39,864 nt of DNA from Dehalococcoidia bacterium (GTDB taxonomy: Bacteria > Chloroflexota > Dehalococcoidia > UBA2979), in the NCBI GenBank assembly GCA_004296805.1, contig SCVR01000027.1, positions 1 through 39,864 of the forward strand, written 5' to 3'. Shown here piece after piece: positions 1 through 7,259 of the stretch. How positions within the stretch are numbered: the first letter of the stretch is position 1; each line of letters opens with the position of its first letter. The notes below the pieces were generated by a model. It made no database searches and was not told where the DNA came from. It was given only the letters and a program-made list of their open reading frames with translations. Both the position numbers and the translations under genes were made by a program.

Positions 1-169
1 CGCGCATGGTGGCAATGGTGTTGAGCATGCCGGCGAGCGCGGGGTCTTCCATCGGGTGGATGTCATGGAGGTCCAGACCGGCCTCGGCATGCTCCAGGGC
101 ATCCGCGAAGCGGAGGGCGTCCGCAAGGGCAGCCGCGTCCACGGGCTGCTCTTCGGCCATACCACTCAT
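1..169 (-). CDS. Hypothetical protein, N-terminal part only (runs off the left edge). Immediately downstream of the ECF sigma gene, so possibly an anti-sigma factor or other partner.
   Basis: My own minus-strand translation from ATG at 169-167 gives MSGMAEEQPVDAAALADALRFADALEHAEAGLDLHDIHPMEDPALAGMLNTIATMR... A GAGGTGA Shine-Dalgarno overlaps the sigma stop at 178-180. The ORF is missing from the track because it is truncated. No zf-HC2 Cys motif is visible. Confidence 0.35.
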   Translation of the reverse strand, partial: MSGMAEEQPVDAAALADALRFADALEHAEAGLDLHDIHPMEDPALAGMLNTIATMR

Positions 170-177
170 GAGGGGAG

Positions 178-930
178 TCACCTCGCCCATCGCCCCGGTT
201 GCTCCTTCTGTGCCCGCACCTCAGCCCGTTGAGTTGCCTCGGTGGCTGCGGCGCGGTCCTGGCCGTCCAGGATCTCCTTCAATCGTTTGATGCCTTTGTG
301 CTGGAGCACTTTGACGTTGGTCTCGTGCTTCTCCAGCGCTTCGGCGGTCTCTGCGACGGTCATGCCGGCGCCGAATCGCAACTGGATGACTTCGCGCTGT
401 GCGGGGGGCAGTTGCTCCACCGCAGCGAAGATCTCCTGGATGGTGATCGAAGTTTCGGCAAGTTCTGCCGGACCTCGATGGCCGTCCGCGATCCAGTCCG
501 GCACCTCGCCCACCGTGGTCCGCAGGGCGGAGCGGCGGTAGTGCGAGACGACGTGGTTGCGAGCGATACGGAAGAGCCAGGCACGGAACGGACTTCGTTC
601 CTCAGCAGGCTCCGCCATCCCGCCCCGGCCTGCGGCTTCGGCCTGCGTGACCTCGACGCTCACCGCGATGGTGAGGGGGCCGAGGGGGCGCCACTCGAAT
701 CCGGGGACTGCGCGCATGACCTTGATGAAGATCTCTTCAGCGAGGTCCTCGGCATCGGTCTCATTGCCGACCCGAGAGAGGCAGAACCGGTAGAGCGGCT
801 CGACGTAGGCGTCGTACAGCAGCCCAACGGCCTGCTGGTCACCCCGGGCGGCGCGCTCGACGAGCGTGCGTTCCTGTTCGACCGGTAGGCCGCGCCGTGA
901 GGAATTGCGATCCGTGCCGCCAGGCTGCAC
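178..930 (-). CDS. ECF-family (sigma-70 group 4) RNA polymerase sigma factor
   Basis: Region 2 motifs are LLYDAYVEPLYRFCLSRVGNETDAEDLAEEIF and FRAWLFRIARNHVVSHYRR. Region 4 HTH is LPPAQREVIQLRFGAGMTVAETAEALEKHETNVKVLQHKGIKRL. GTG start with GAGGAG about 8 nt upstream. There is an insertion of roughly 35 aa inside region 2. Confidence 0.9.
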   Translation of the reverse strand: MQPGGTDRNSSRRGLPVEQERTLVERAARGDQQAVGLLYDAYVEPLYRFCLSRVGNETDAEDLAEEIFIKVMRAVPGFEWRPLGPLTIAVSVEVTQAEAAGRGGMAEPAEERSPFRAWLFRIARNHVVSHYRRSALRTTVGEVPDWIADGHRGPAELAETSITIQEIFAAVEQLPPAQREVIQLRFGAGMTVAETAEALEKHETNVKVLQHKGIKRLKEILDGQDRAAATEATQRAEVRAQKEQPGRWAR

Positions 931-1171
931 CTGGGCCGCTCCTCAACCGTCGGGTCCGACTGTTAGCGAGGCCTTCGAAGTGCCCTGAGAGGGGCTTCGT
1001 CGACCTGTTCAGTGTAGACCGCTCGGCTGTGCGGGCGGTTGGTGCGGGCTGGCTGGCCGGTACCTCGTTCCCCCGTTGCAAGAGAGAGAACGCGGGATCT
1101 TGGGGAATGGTTAACGGTTATGTGACGGGGGGTGTTCGGCGCCGGCGGATTCAACGCGGCCACCTCCCCCC

Positions 1172-1224
1172 GGCTCTTCCTACCCCTCCCTCCGTCGACG
1201 GGGCCCAGGAGGGCGGGAAGAGCC
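1172..1224. other. Long imperfect hairpin in the untranslated spacer
   Basis: GGCTCTTCC (1172-1180) pairs with GGAAGAGCC (1216-1224). An inner CCCTCC/GGAGGG pairing is also possible. A pyrimidine-rich tract lies upstream and a purine-rich tract downstream. Confidence 0.3.
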
Positions 1225-1363
1225 TCGCATCGCGAGGGCAGCCCGTGTCCTAGTTGAGGAGGGGGAGCCCGGAGGCCGAAGACGGAGCGCTGGTGGAGGC
1301 GGGAGGGGCGCCAGCTGAATCTGTTGGAAGCGGTATTGGGGATGCGCTTAAGCAGTTGATCTG

Positions 1364-1389
1364 GGAACGTTCACTGGAGTGGGGGCGTT
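1364..1389 (+). promoter_or_regulatory. Candidate ECF-type promoter (GGAAC-N17-CGTT) facing the 1705 surface-protein gene
   Basis: GGAAC at 1364-1368, a 17-nt spacer, then CGTT at 1386-1389 on the plus strand, inside the 775-bp spacer between the divergent sigma gene and the surface cluster. Confidence 0.35.
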
Positions 1390-1704
1390 GTAAGGGGTGA
1401 ACGGGCGTCTGGACCCTCGGGGCGAGGCCCCGGCCAGAGAAATCTGGCGGCAGGGTTAACCCAAGGGCCTCCGGCGACGTTTACTCCTTTGCGTCGAAGC
1501 AGCGTGTGCGTATCTGTGCGCGCTTCTACGATTGCAACGAATCCAGATCGGCCCCAGGGGGGACGGCGGCCACGGTTGGTGGCGTCTCGCTCGAGCGGCG
1601 GCACCAGTCGCCAGTGCCCGTCCCGGGTCCACAACGAAAGGGAACGACAGGGACACACAGACAACAATGGCTGATTCGAATCCGATTGATTCCAGGAGGA
1701 ATCC

Positions 1705-3906
1705 TTGACTTTGAAGAAAATTTTTGCACCGCTGACCGTGGTAGCGCTGGTGGCCGTGATGGCCGTCTCGCTGCTCGGCCAGCAGCGGCGGGCTGAAGCT
1801 GGCGCCATTACGGCCGTCAACTTCCAGGCCCCGGTTCAGGCCACGGGCCTGACCGAGACGTGGACGGTTTCGTTCACGACCGCTGTGACGGTTCCGGCAA
1901 CTACCGGCACCATCACGATTGACTTCCCGCAGAACTTCACGACGACCAACGTCACCGCGGCGAACATCACCCTCTCGTGGGGTGGTACGCCGACGGTCGT
2001 TTCGACGACCAACGGCCGACTGGTCATCACCAACGGCGCCACCGCCAGTGGTGCTGCTGCGGTGTCGGTGACGGTGGCGAATGTCACCAACCCGACGACC
2101 AACACCGCCCTCACGGGCGCTGCTGCTCCGACGGCTACGGCGGGCTTCTCGGTGACGACCTCGGTCGACACCGTGGACTTCGACGCGACGCCGCCGCAGA
2201 TCTGGAACACGGCCGCGACCAAGAGCCCGACCACTTCGGTCCCGGCTGACGGTGCGAGCACGGTTCTGGTCACGTTCACCCCGAGCTCGACGTCTCTGAA
2301 CGCCGGTACGGGTGTCAACGTCATCACGGCCACGACCGACATCGGCGCGTTCTCGAGCACGCCGACCGGCACGCTGGCTGCAGCGTGGACGGCGATCACG
2401 ACCCCGGTGACGACGGCGACCGGTTCGTTGACGGCCGGCACTGCCGCCGGCAACACGGGTGTCTTCACGGTGAAGGCCCCGAGCACGGCTGGCACGGCGA
2501 CGGTTGTTCTGCGCGCGACCCCGGCTAGCGGCGGCGCCGCAGTCGTGATCGGCACCACGCAGATCACGTTCACCACGGCAACGGCGCTTCCGGGCGCTGC
2601 GGCTTCGGTGACGGTTGTCCCGGCTGCTGCGTCGATTGGTAACACCACGGCGCAGAACACGGTGATCACGGCGTTGGACGCCACCGGTACCCAGGTGCTG
2701 AACGGCACCGTGGTCACGGTGACGACCAGCAACGGTACGTTCACCACGTGCCCGGGTGGCACGACGGGTAGCGGCGTCTGCACGACGTCGATCCAGGCAA
2801 ACGGTGCCGTCACTGTCGGCATCACCGGCTCTGGTGTGAGCGGGACGCAGACGATCACGGCGACGGTTGGCAGCGTTACGGGCACGGGCACGGTCACGTT
2901 GACCGGTACCACGGCTGGTTCGGTGTCGGTCGCAGTCCGTGCGGCTAACCCGACTTCTGGTGCTGCGAGCACCACTTCCGGCGCGACCACGCCGGCCCGT
3001 TGTGGCGCGTATGTTGCGGTGACTTGTTACCAGAACATCGCTTCCGCGACGGTGAAGGACGCGGCTGGCAACAACGCCGCTGGCATTGTTGTGACGTGGA
3101 CTGTGGCCCCGGCGGACGGCATTGTGTCGTTCGTCACGCCGCAGACCGACACGGCGATCACGTCCTCGGTCTCGAGCGCAGTCTCGACGATCCTTGGCCA
3201 GGCCCGCGCTGGTATCAAGGTTGCGACCACCGGCGTTGCCGGCACGGTCTACACGATCACGGCGACGGCACCGACGTCCACTGGCACGACCAATGGCACG
3301 GTGACGATCACCCTTGGTGACACGTTCTCTTCGTCCGTTGCTGCGTCGACGATGACGATCACCGCTCCGGACATGGCTGTGGCGAGCGCGGGCACGATCA
3401 CGGTCGACGTGTTGGGTGCTGCGGGCAAGCCAGTTGGCGACGGCACGTCCGTCCAGTTGGTCACGAGCGCTGGCGCCGTGGCGAACGTTGCCAACGGTCT
3501 GCCGACGGGCCCGAACCCGGCCTTCACGGTCAACGGCAAGGCGACGTTCACGTACGTCTCACCGTCGACCGCGGACACAATCAACGCCACGGCGTTGATC
3601 GGTAGCTCAGCGAAGTCGGCGACCTTCAAGGTCGGCGCTGGCTCCGTGACCCCGCCGCCTGCAGGCACGGGCTTCTCAGGTGGGACGATCGCTCCGGCTG
3701 GTGTGTCGATTGTGTCCTTCACGGGCACGACGGCTCAGCTGACGACGGCTGGTACGACCGCGAAGGTCGTGTCGGTCACGGCGACCGTTGGTGGCAAGAT
3801 GATCACGTTCGTGATCGGCGCGCCGGACTTCGTTAACGCGGAGTTCAACGCGGCGTTCCCGACGGGCCTGAACGGCACGTTGGTCATCGTCAAGACCGGC
3901 GCCTAG
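1705..3906 (+). CDS. Large secreted Thr/Ala/Val/Gly-rich surface protein with Ig-like (Big_1/invasin-type) repeats and a shared C-terminal module. S-layer-like or adhesin-like.
   Basis: TTG at 1705 sits 5 nt after AGGAGG (1694-1699). Signal peptide MTLKKIFAPLTVVALVAVMAVSLLGQQRRAEA. About four Ig-like repeats, e.g. VITALDATGTQVLNGTVVTVTTSNGTF and ATVKDAAGNNAAGIVVTWTV. Paired cysteines are present. The C-terminal 80 aa (3664-3903) is homologous to the C-termini of the 5908 and 9377 genes. Confidence 0.85.
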   Translation: MTLKKIFAPLTVVALVAVMAVSLLGQQRRAEAGAITAVNFQAPVQATGLTETWTVSFTTAVTVPATTGTITIDFPQNFTTTNVTAANITLSWGGTPTVVSTTNGRLVITNGATASGAAAVSVTVANVTNPTTNTALTGAAAPTATAGFSVTTSVDTVDFDATPPQIWNTAATKSPTTSVPADGASTVLVTFTPSSTSLNAGTGVNVITATTDIGAFSSTPTGTLAAAWTAITTPVTTATGSLTAGTAAGNTGVFTVKAPSTAGTATVVLRATPASGGAAVVIGTTQITFTTATALPGAAASVTVVPAAASIGNTTAQNTVITALDATGTQVLNGTVVTVTTSNGTFTTCPGGTTGSGVCTTSIQANGAVTVGITGSGVSGTQTITATVGSVTGTGTVTLTGTTAGSVSVAVRAANPTSGAASTTSGATTPARCGAYVAVTCYQNIASATVKDAAGNNAAGIVVTWTVAPADGIVSFVTPQTDTAITSSVSSAVSTILGQARAGIKVATTGVAGTVYTITATAPTSTGTTNGTVTITLGDTFSSSVAASTMTITAPDMAVASAGTITVDVLGAAGKPVGDGTSVQLVTSAGAVANVANGLPTGPNPAFTVNGKATFTYVSPSTADTINATALIGSSAKSATFKVGAGSVTPPPAGTGFSGGTIAPAGVSIVSFTGTTAQLTTAGTTAKVVSVTATVGGKMITFVIGAPDFVNAEFNAAFPTGLNGTLVIVKTGA

Positions 3907-3967
3907 TCATCCGGGGGCAACCCCGCTGACTGGTCTCGGTTGAGACAACTGGTTTGAAACACTGGGT

Positions 3968-3993
3968 CCCCGGAGGAGGCAACTCCTCCGGGG
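3968..3993 (+). terminator. Perfect 11-bp stem hairpin after the 1705 gene
   Basis: CCCCGGAGGAG-gcaa-CTCCTCCGGGG. No T-tract follows, which is common in high-GC genomes. Confidence 0.5.
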
Positions 3994-4036
3994 ATCTCAG
4001 AACGACAGAGGGCGGGAATCCCCCAAGGAGTTCTGC

Positions 4037-4543
4037 ATGATTTCGACTCGAAAGCTGGCTGGCATCGGTGCTGCATTCGCGGCGGCCGTTGTCCTGTTCA
4101 GCGCGTTTGCTGCCTCGGCTTCTGCTCAGACCCCGCCGTACACGGCGTACGGTGTGGGCCAGACGGCCGGCGCCAAGATCGCGGCGAACATTGCGGGCAA
4201 GGCCTGCGGTGGCGACGCGACCGTGGATGCACAGGGCAACTGGAAGATCACCATTGGCACCGACGCTGCCTGCGCCCCGAAGGAAGGCGACACTGTCTCC
4301 TTCTCGATCAACGGCGCAGCGGCGGCCCAGACGGTCAAGTGGACCGCTGGTGGCGCTCCGGCTGACGCGGCTAAGGGCATCGCCCTGACCGCGGGCGCTG
4401 CGGCCCCGGCTCCGGCCCCGGCGAAGACCGGCGACGCCGGCCTGCTGGGTTCGACCGGCACCTCGATGGCGCTGGTGCTGATGATGGGCATCGCTGCGGC
4501 CGCTCTGGTCGCTGGTGCCCGCACGGCGACCCGCGAGCGCTAG
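4037..4543 (+). CDS. Small secreted two-Cys-domain protein with an LPXTG-like (PAKTG) cell-wall sorting signal. Putative sortase substrate, paralog 1.
   Basis: AAGGAG SD before the ATG. Signal peptide ends ...ASASAQ. Domain YTAYGVG...CGG...NWKITIG...CAPKEGDTVSFSING...GGAP. The C-terminus is PAKTG-DAGLLGSTGTS, a hydrophobic stretch MALVLMMGIAAAALVAGA, and a basic tail RTATRER. Confidence 0.85.
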   Translation: MISTRKLAGIGAAFAAAVVLFSAFAASASAQTPPYTAYGVGQTAGAKIAANIAGKACGGDATVDAQGNWKITIGTDAACAPKEGDTVSFSINGAAAAQTVKWTAGGAPADAAKGIALTAGAAAPAPAPAKTGDAGLLGSTGTSMALVLMMGIAAAALVAGARTATRER

Positions 4544-4582
4544 TCGCGCGCGGATCGCTCCTGGTACTTGGTACTCAGGGGG

Positions 4583-4614
4583 CTGGGTGGCAGGCATTCG
4601 TGCCTGTCACCCAG
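4583..4614 (+). terminator. 14-bp stem hairpin between the two paralogs
   Basis: CTGGGTGGCAGGCA-ttcg-TGCCTGTCACCCAG with one G-T wobble. A T6 run follows about 25 nt downstream. Confidence 0.4.
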
Positions 4615-4685
4615 CGAGTACCGAGGGAGTATCGGGATTTTTTGGGGGGGCCGTTCCTCGGGCATTCCCGAGGGGGGAATACTGA

Positions 4686-5183
4686 ATGACGACTCGTAAG
4701 TTCATGGGCCTCGGCATCGCCATCGCGGCTGCTGTTGTGCTCTTCAGCGCGTTCGCCGCGTCGGCGTCTGCGCAGACCCCGCCGTACACCGCGTACGGCA
4801 TTGGCCAGAAGGCCGGCGCGAAGATCACCGCCAACATCGCAGGCAAGTCCTGCGGCGCTGGCGCCACGGCTGACGCGCAGGGCAACTGGAAGATCACGAT
4901 CGCGACGACCGACGCTTGTGCCCCGAAGGAAGGCGACACTGTCTCCTTCGCGATTGACGGCGCAGCGGCGGCCCAGACGGTCAAGTGGACCGCTGGTGGC
5001 GCTCCGGCTGACGCGGCCAAGGGCATCGCCCTGACCGCCGGTGCTGGCGCTCCGGCTCCCGCCAAGACGGGTGACGCGGGCCTTCTGGGCTCGACCGGCA
5101 CCTCGATGGCACTGGTCCTGATGATGGGCATCGCTGCAGCGGCTCTGGTCGCTGGTGCCCGCACGGCGACGCGCGAGCGTTAG
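4686..5183 (+). CDS. Small secreted two-Cys-domain protein with a PAKTG sorting signal. Putative sortase substrate, paralog 2.
   Basis: Same architecture as the 4037 gene. GAGGGGGGA SD. The 3' half is nearly identical in nucleotide sequence to paralog 1. Confidence 0.85.
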   Translation: MTTRKFMGLGIAIAAAVVLFSAFAASASAQTPPYTAYGIGQKAGAKITANIAGKSCGAGATADAQGNWKITIATTDACAPKEGDTVSFAIDGAAAAQTVKWTAGGAPADAAKGIALTAGAGAPAPAKTGDAGLLGSTGTSMALVLMMGIAAAALVAGARTATRER

Positions 5184-5186
5184 TCC

Positions 5187-5852
5187 GTGTACGGGATGAG
5201 GTCCAACGTGGTCGCACGGCTCTCTCGTGGAGCGGTCGCGTTGGCGCTGGGCCTCTGCCTGATCCTTGGATCGATGGGGACGGGTCCTTCCGCCTTGGCG
5301 GAGGGGCCCGTCTCTGTTTCTTCGGGTGCGGTGTTTTACGGGTATGTGCTGGCAGACGGGCAGGGTGGGCTTGCCGAGCGCGTGCGCGCGCTGAGCGTGT
5401 CCGGAGCGGTCTGCGGCACGGCGGAGGTGATCCGCCTGAGCGACGAGGCGGGGTACTACGCCGTGTCGGTCGCATCGTCCGCGCAGAAGCGCGGCTGTCC
5501 CTCGGCGGGTGGCCTGGTGCAGTTCGCGTTGCTGGCGGGCCGTGTGGACGATGGTGTCTGGGCAGGCGAGGTAGCCACATTGACGGATGGTGGCGCTCCC
5601 GTGGCGCTGAACCTGCAGCCGGCGGCCTACGTGACCGGACACTGGCTGGGTCCGTCCGGAGACATCACGCGCGACTTCTGGCTGCGCTGGGCGGGGCCGT
5701 CTGTCCCGTTGCGGGACGCGCTGGTGTCGTTGCCGTTGCCTGTCAGCGAGGTCTATTACCTCGATGCCGCGGCGGGTCAATTCCTGCTGGCGACGCCGTC
5801 TACGGATGCGACGCTCGCGTCCGGCGATCTCGTCCTCGTACGCTTCCGCTAG
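5187..5852 (+). CDS. Secreted hypothetical protein. Divergent member of the two-Cys module family with a divergent C-terminal module.
   Basis: Signal peptide ...AVALALGLCLILGSMGTGPSALAEG. Motifs FYGYV...CGTAEV...GYYAVSV...GCPSAGGLVQFALLAG...GGAP parallel the YTAYG module. The start is uncertain: GTG 5187, ATG 5196, or GTG 5208 with GAGG 6 nt upstream. Confidence 0.65.
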   Translation: MYGMRSNVVARLSRGAVALALGLCLILGSMGTGPSALAEGPVSVSSGAVFYGYVLADGQGGLAERVRALSVSGAVCGTAEVIRLSDEAGYYAVSVASSAQKRGCPSAGGLVQFALLAGRVDDGVWAGEVATLTDGGAPVALNLQPAAYVTGHWLGPSGDITRDFWLRWAGPSVPLRDALVSLPLPVSEVYYLDAAAGQFLLATPSTDATLASGDLVLVRFR

Positions 5853-5907
5853 GCTGGACAGCGTCCAGACTCGGACCCGGTGCTCGCGATCTTCAGTGGG
5901 GACATCA

Positions 5908-7062
5908 ATGACCAGGCTTTCCACGAGATTCAGTCTGCCCAGCGTCCTTTCGGCATTTGCCGTGGCGGTGGCGTTGCTGGCGGGCTCATCGCCTCGTGTC
6001 GCGTCTGCCGCGCTCGTGGTGCCACCGGTGTTCACGGCGCCGATCCAGGCGACCGGGCTGACCGAGACGTGGACGATCAACGGGTGGCAGGGATCCGTGC
6101 CGAACCACATCACCTCCGTGACGGTGACCTTCCCCGCCGGGTTCGTGATTCCCAACAACCCCACCGTCACTGTGACGGCGAACGCGCTGGCGTGTACGGT
6201 CCGAACTGCGGCACGGACGGATCAGTCGGTGGTGATCGCGGTGACTGGCACCTGCGAGACCAGCGCGGCCGTGGGGCGTCAGTCGATCACGATCGCTGGA
6301 GTCACGAATCCGACGGCTGCGGGCACGATCGCTGCGGCGGGCTTCACGCTGGCCACGAATGTGGACTCGGAGACCGCGGCGAGCGCGGGCGTGACGATCT
6401 GGGGGATCACGACCAATCCGACGGTTTGCACCACCTCGGCCGGTGTCAGTACCGCGGAAGTCACGTTCGTTTCGACCGGTGGTGGCGTGGCCGCCAACAC
6501 AGGGTCAGGTCGGGCTGCTGCGTTGCAGGTGACCCTGAGCGCGGGCTCGTTCAGGTGGACCCCGTTCTTCACGGGTACGCTGGGTACGATCGACACCGCA
6601 GGGGTGACTGCAACAACTGCGGCGGCCTCGGTGGCGGCCGGCGTATCTTCCGGCTCGTCTCTGGCCGTGGGCCTGGGCCTCTCCGGCGCGACGGTGGTGA
6701 CAGTGACGCTGCGGGTGACGCCGGCGACCGGCGGCACCTCGGTCTTGCTCGGGTCGCGGGAGGTGACGTTCACCGACAGCACCTGTGTCGCACCGGCGAC
6801 CACACCGAGGCCGCCGTCCGGCACGGCGGGCACGTTCTCCGGCGGCACGATCGCTGCCTCGGGTGTCTCGATCGTGTCGTTCAGCGGGACGACGGCGCAG
6901 CTGGACACGGCGGGCGCGGCGGCGAAGGTGACGTCCGTTTCGGCGACGGCGAGCGGACGGATGCTGACGTTCGTGGTGGGTGCGCCATCGTTCGTGAACG
7001 CTGATTTCAACGCGGCATTCCCGATCGGCCTGAGCAGCACGCTGGTGATCGTCAAGACATAG
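5908..7062 (+). CDS. Secreted Thr-rich surface protein sharing both the N-terminal motif and the C-terminal module of the 1705 gene
   Basis: An internal ATG at 5908 (TGGGGA SD) gives the signal peptide MTRLSTRFSLPSVLSAFAVAVALLAGSSPRVASA. The track ORF starts at 5764 and would overlap the previous gene. FTAPIQATGLTETWT matches FQAPVQATGLTETWT of the 1705 gene. The C-terminal module is at 6829-7059. Confidence 0.8.
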   Translation: MTRLSTRFSLPSVLSAFAVAVALLAGSSPRVASAALVVPPVFTAPIQATGLTETWTINGWQGSVPNHITSVTVTFPAGFVIPNNPTVTVTANALACTVRTAARTDQSVVIAVTGTCETSAAVGRQSITIAGVTNPTAAGTIAAAGFTLATNVDSETAASAGVTIWGITTNPTVCTTSAGVSTAEVTFVSTGGGVAANTGSGRAAALQVTLSAGSFRWTPFFTGTLGTIDTAGVTATTAAASVAAGVSSGSSLAVGLGLSGATVVTVTLRVTPATGGTSVLLGSREVTFTDSTCVAPATTPRPPSGTAGTFSGGTIAASGVSIVSFSGTTAQLDTAGAAAKVTSVSATASGRMLTFVVGAPSFVNADFNAAFPIGLSSTLVIVKT

Positions 7063-7091
7063 CCCCGGGACGCGCTCGAAGCGTTGATGTG

Positions 7092-7127
7092 GTGGGGGGC
7101 GGCCCTGTCCATGAGGCGGCCCCCCAC
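7092..7127 (+). terminator. GC-rich hairpin after the 5908 gene
   Basis: GTGGGGGGC (7092-7100) pairs with GCCCCCCAC (7119-7127). It is followed by ACTTTCACT. Confidence 0.45.
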
Positions 7128-7259
7128 ACTTTCACTGCGCACCTCGTTCTCAATGTGTGACCGTGCCTTCGCTGGCTGTTTGGTGGCAGGCCCGCGCATG
7201 GCTCGGTACCCTAGAGGCGGACACTCCCACCACCGGAATCGACTGACTGAGGTTGCCTC

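Larger units (their letters stand above)
4037..5183 (+). repeat. Tandem gene duplication, unit about 649 bp
   Basis: The segment from 4275 onward is near-identical to the segment from 4921 onward. This includes a roughly 60-nt perfect run, acggcgcagcggcggcccagacggtcaagtggaccgctggtggcgctccggctgacgcgg. The 5' halves and the intergenic regions are more diverged. Confidence 0.85.

Noticed and set aside
1120-1175. tmRNA- or tRNA-like T-arm in ggcgccggcggattcaacgcggccacc
   Set aside because: The flanks of the ATTCAAC loop are not complementary, so there is no proper T-stem. No acceptor stem or CCA context is present either. It is not a tRNA-like element.
897-1820. ORFs inside the 775-bp spacer (897..1253 +, 963..1163 -, 1371..1820 -, 1506..1796 +)
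   Set aside because: None has an SD or plausible start context. All have Arg/Pro-rich composition and overlap one another, and 1371..1820 runs antisense into the signal peptide of the 1705 gene. I treat the region as non-coding leader or regulatory DNA.
5764-5907. Upstream extensions of track ORFs (5764, 8136, 9296, 17659, 25287, 28351, 35334, 33376, 30278, 34355 starts)
   Set aside because: The extensions overlap the preceding gene or intergenic promoters and encode Arg-rich junk. Internal starts give proper signal peptides, SD sites, ATGA/TAATG coupling or canonical N-termini, so I used the internal starts.
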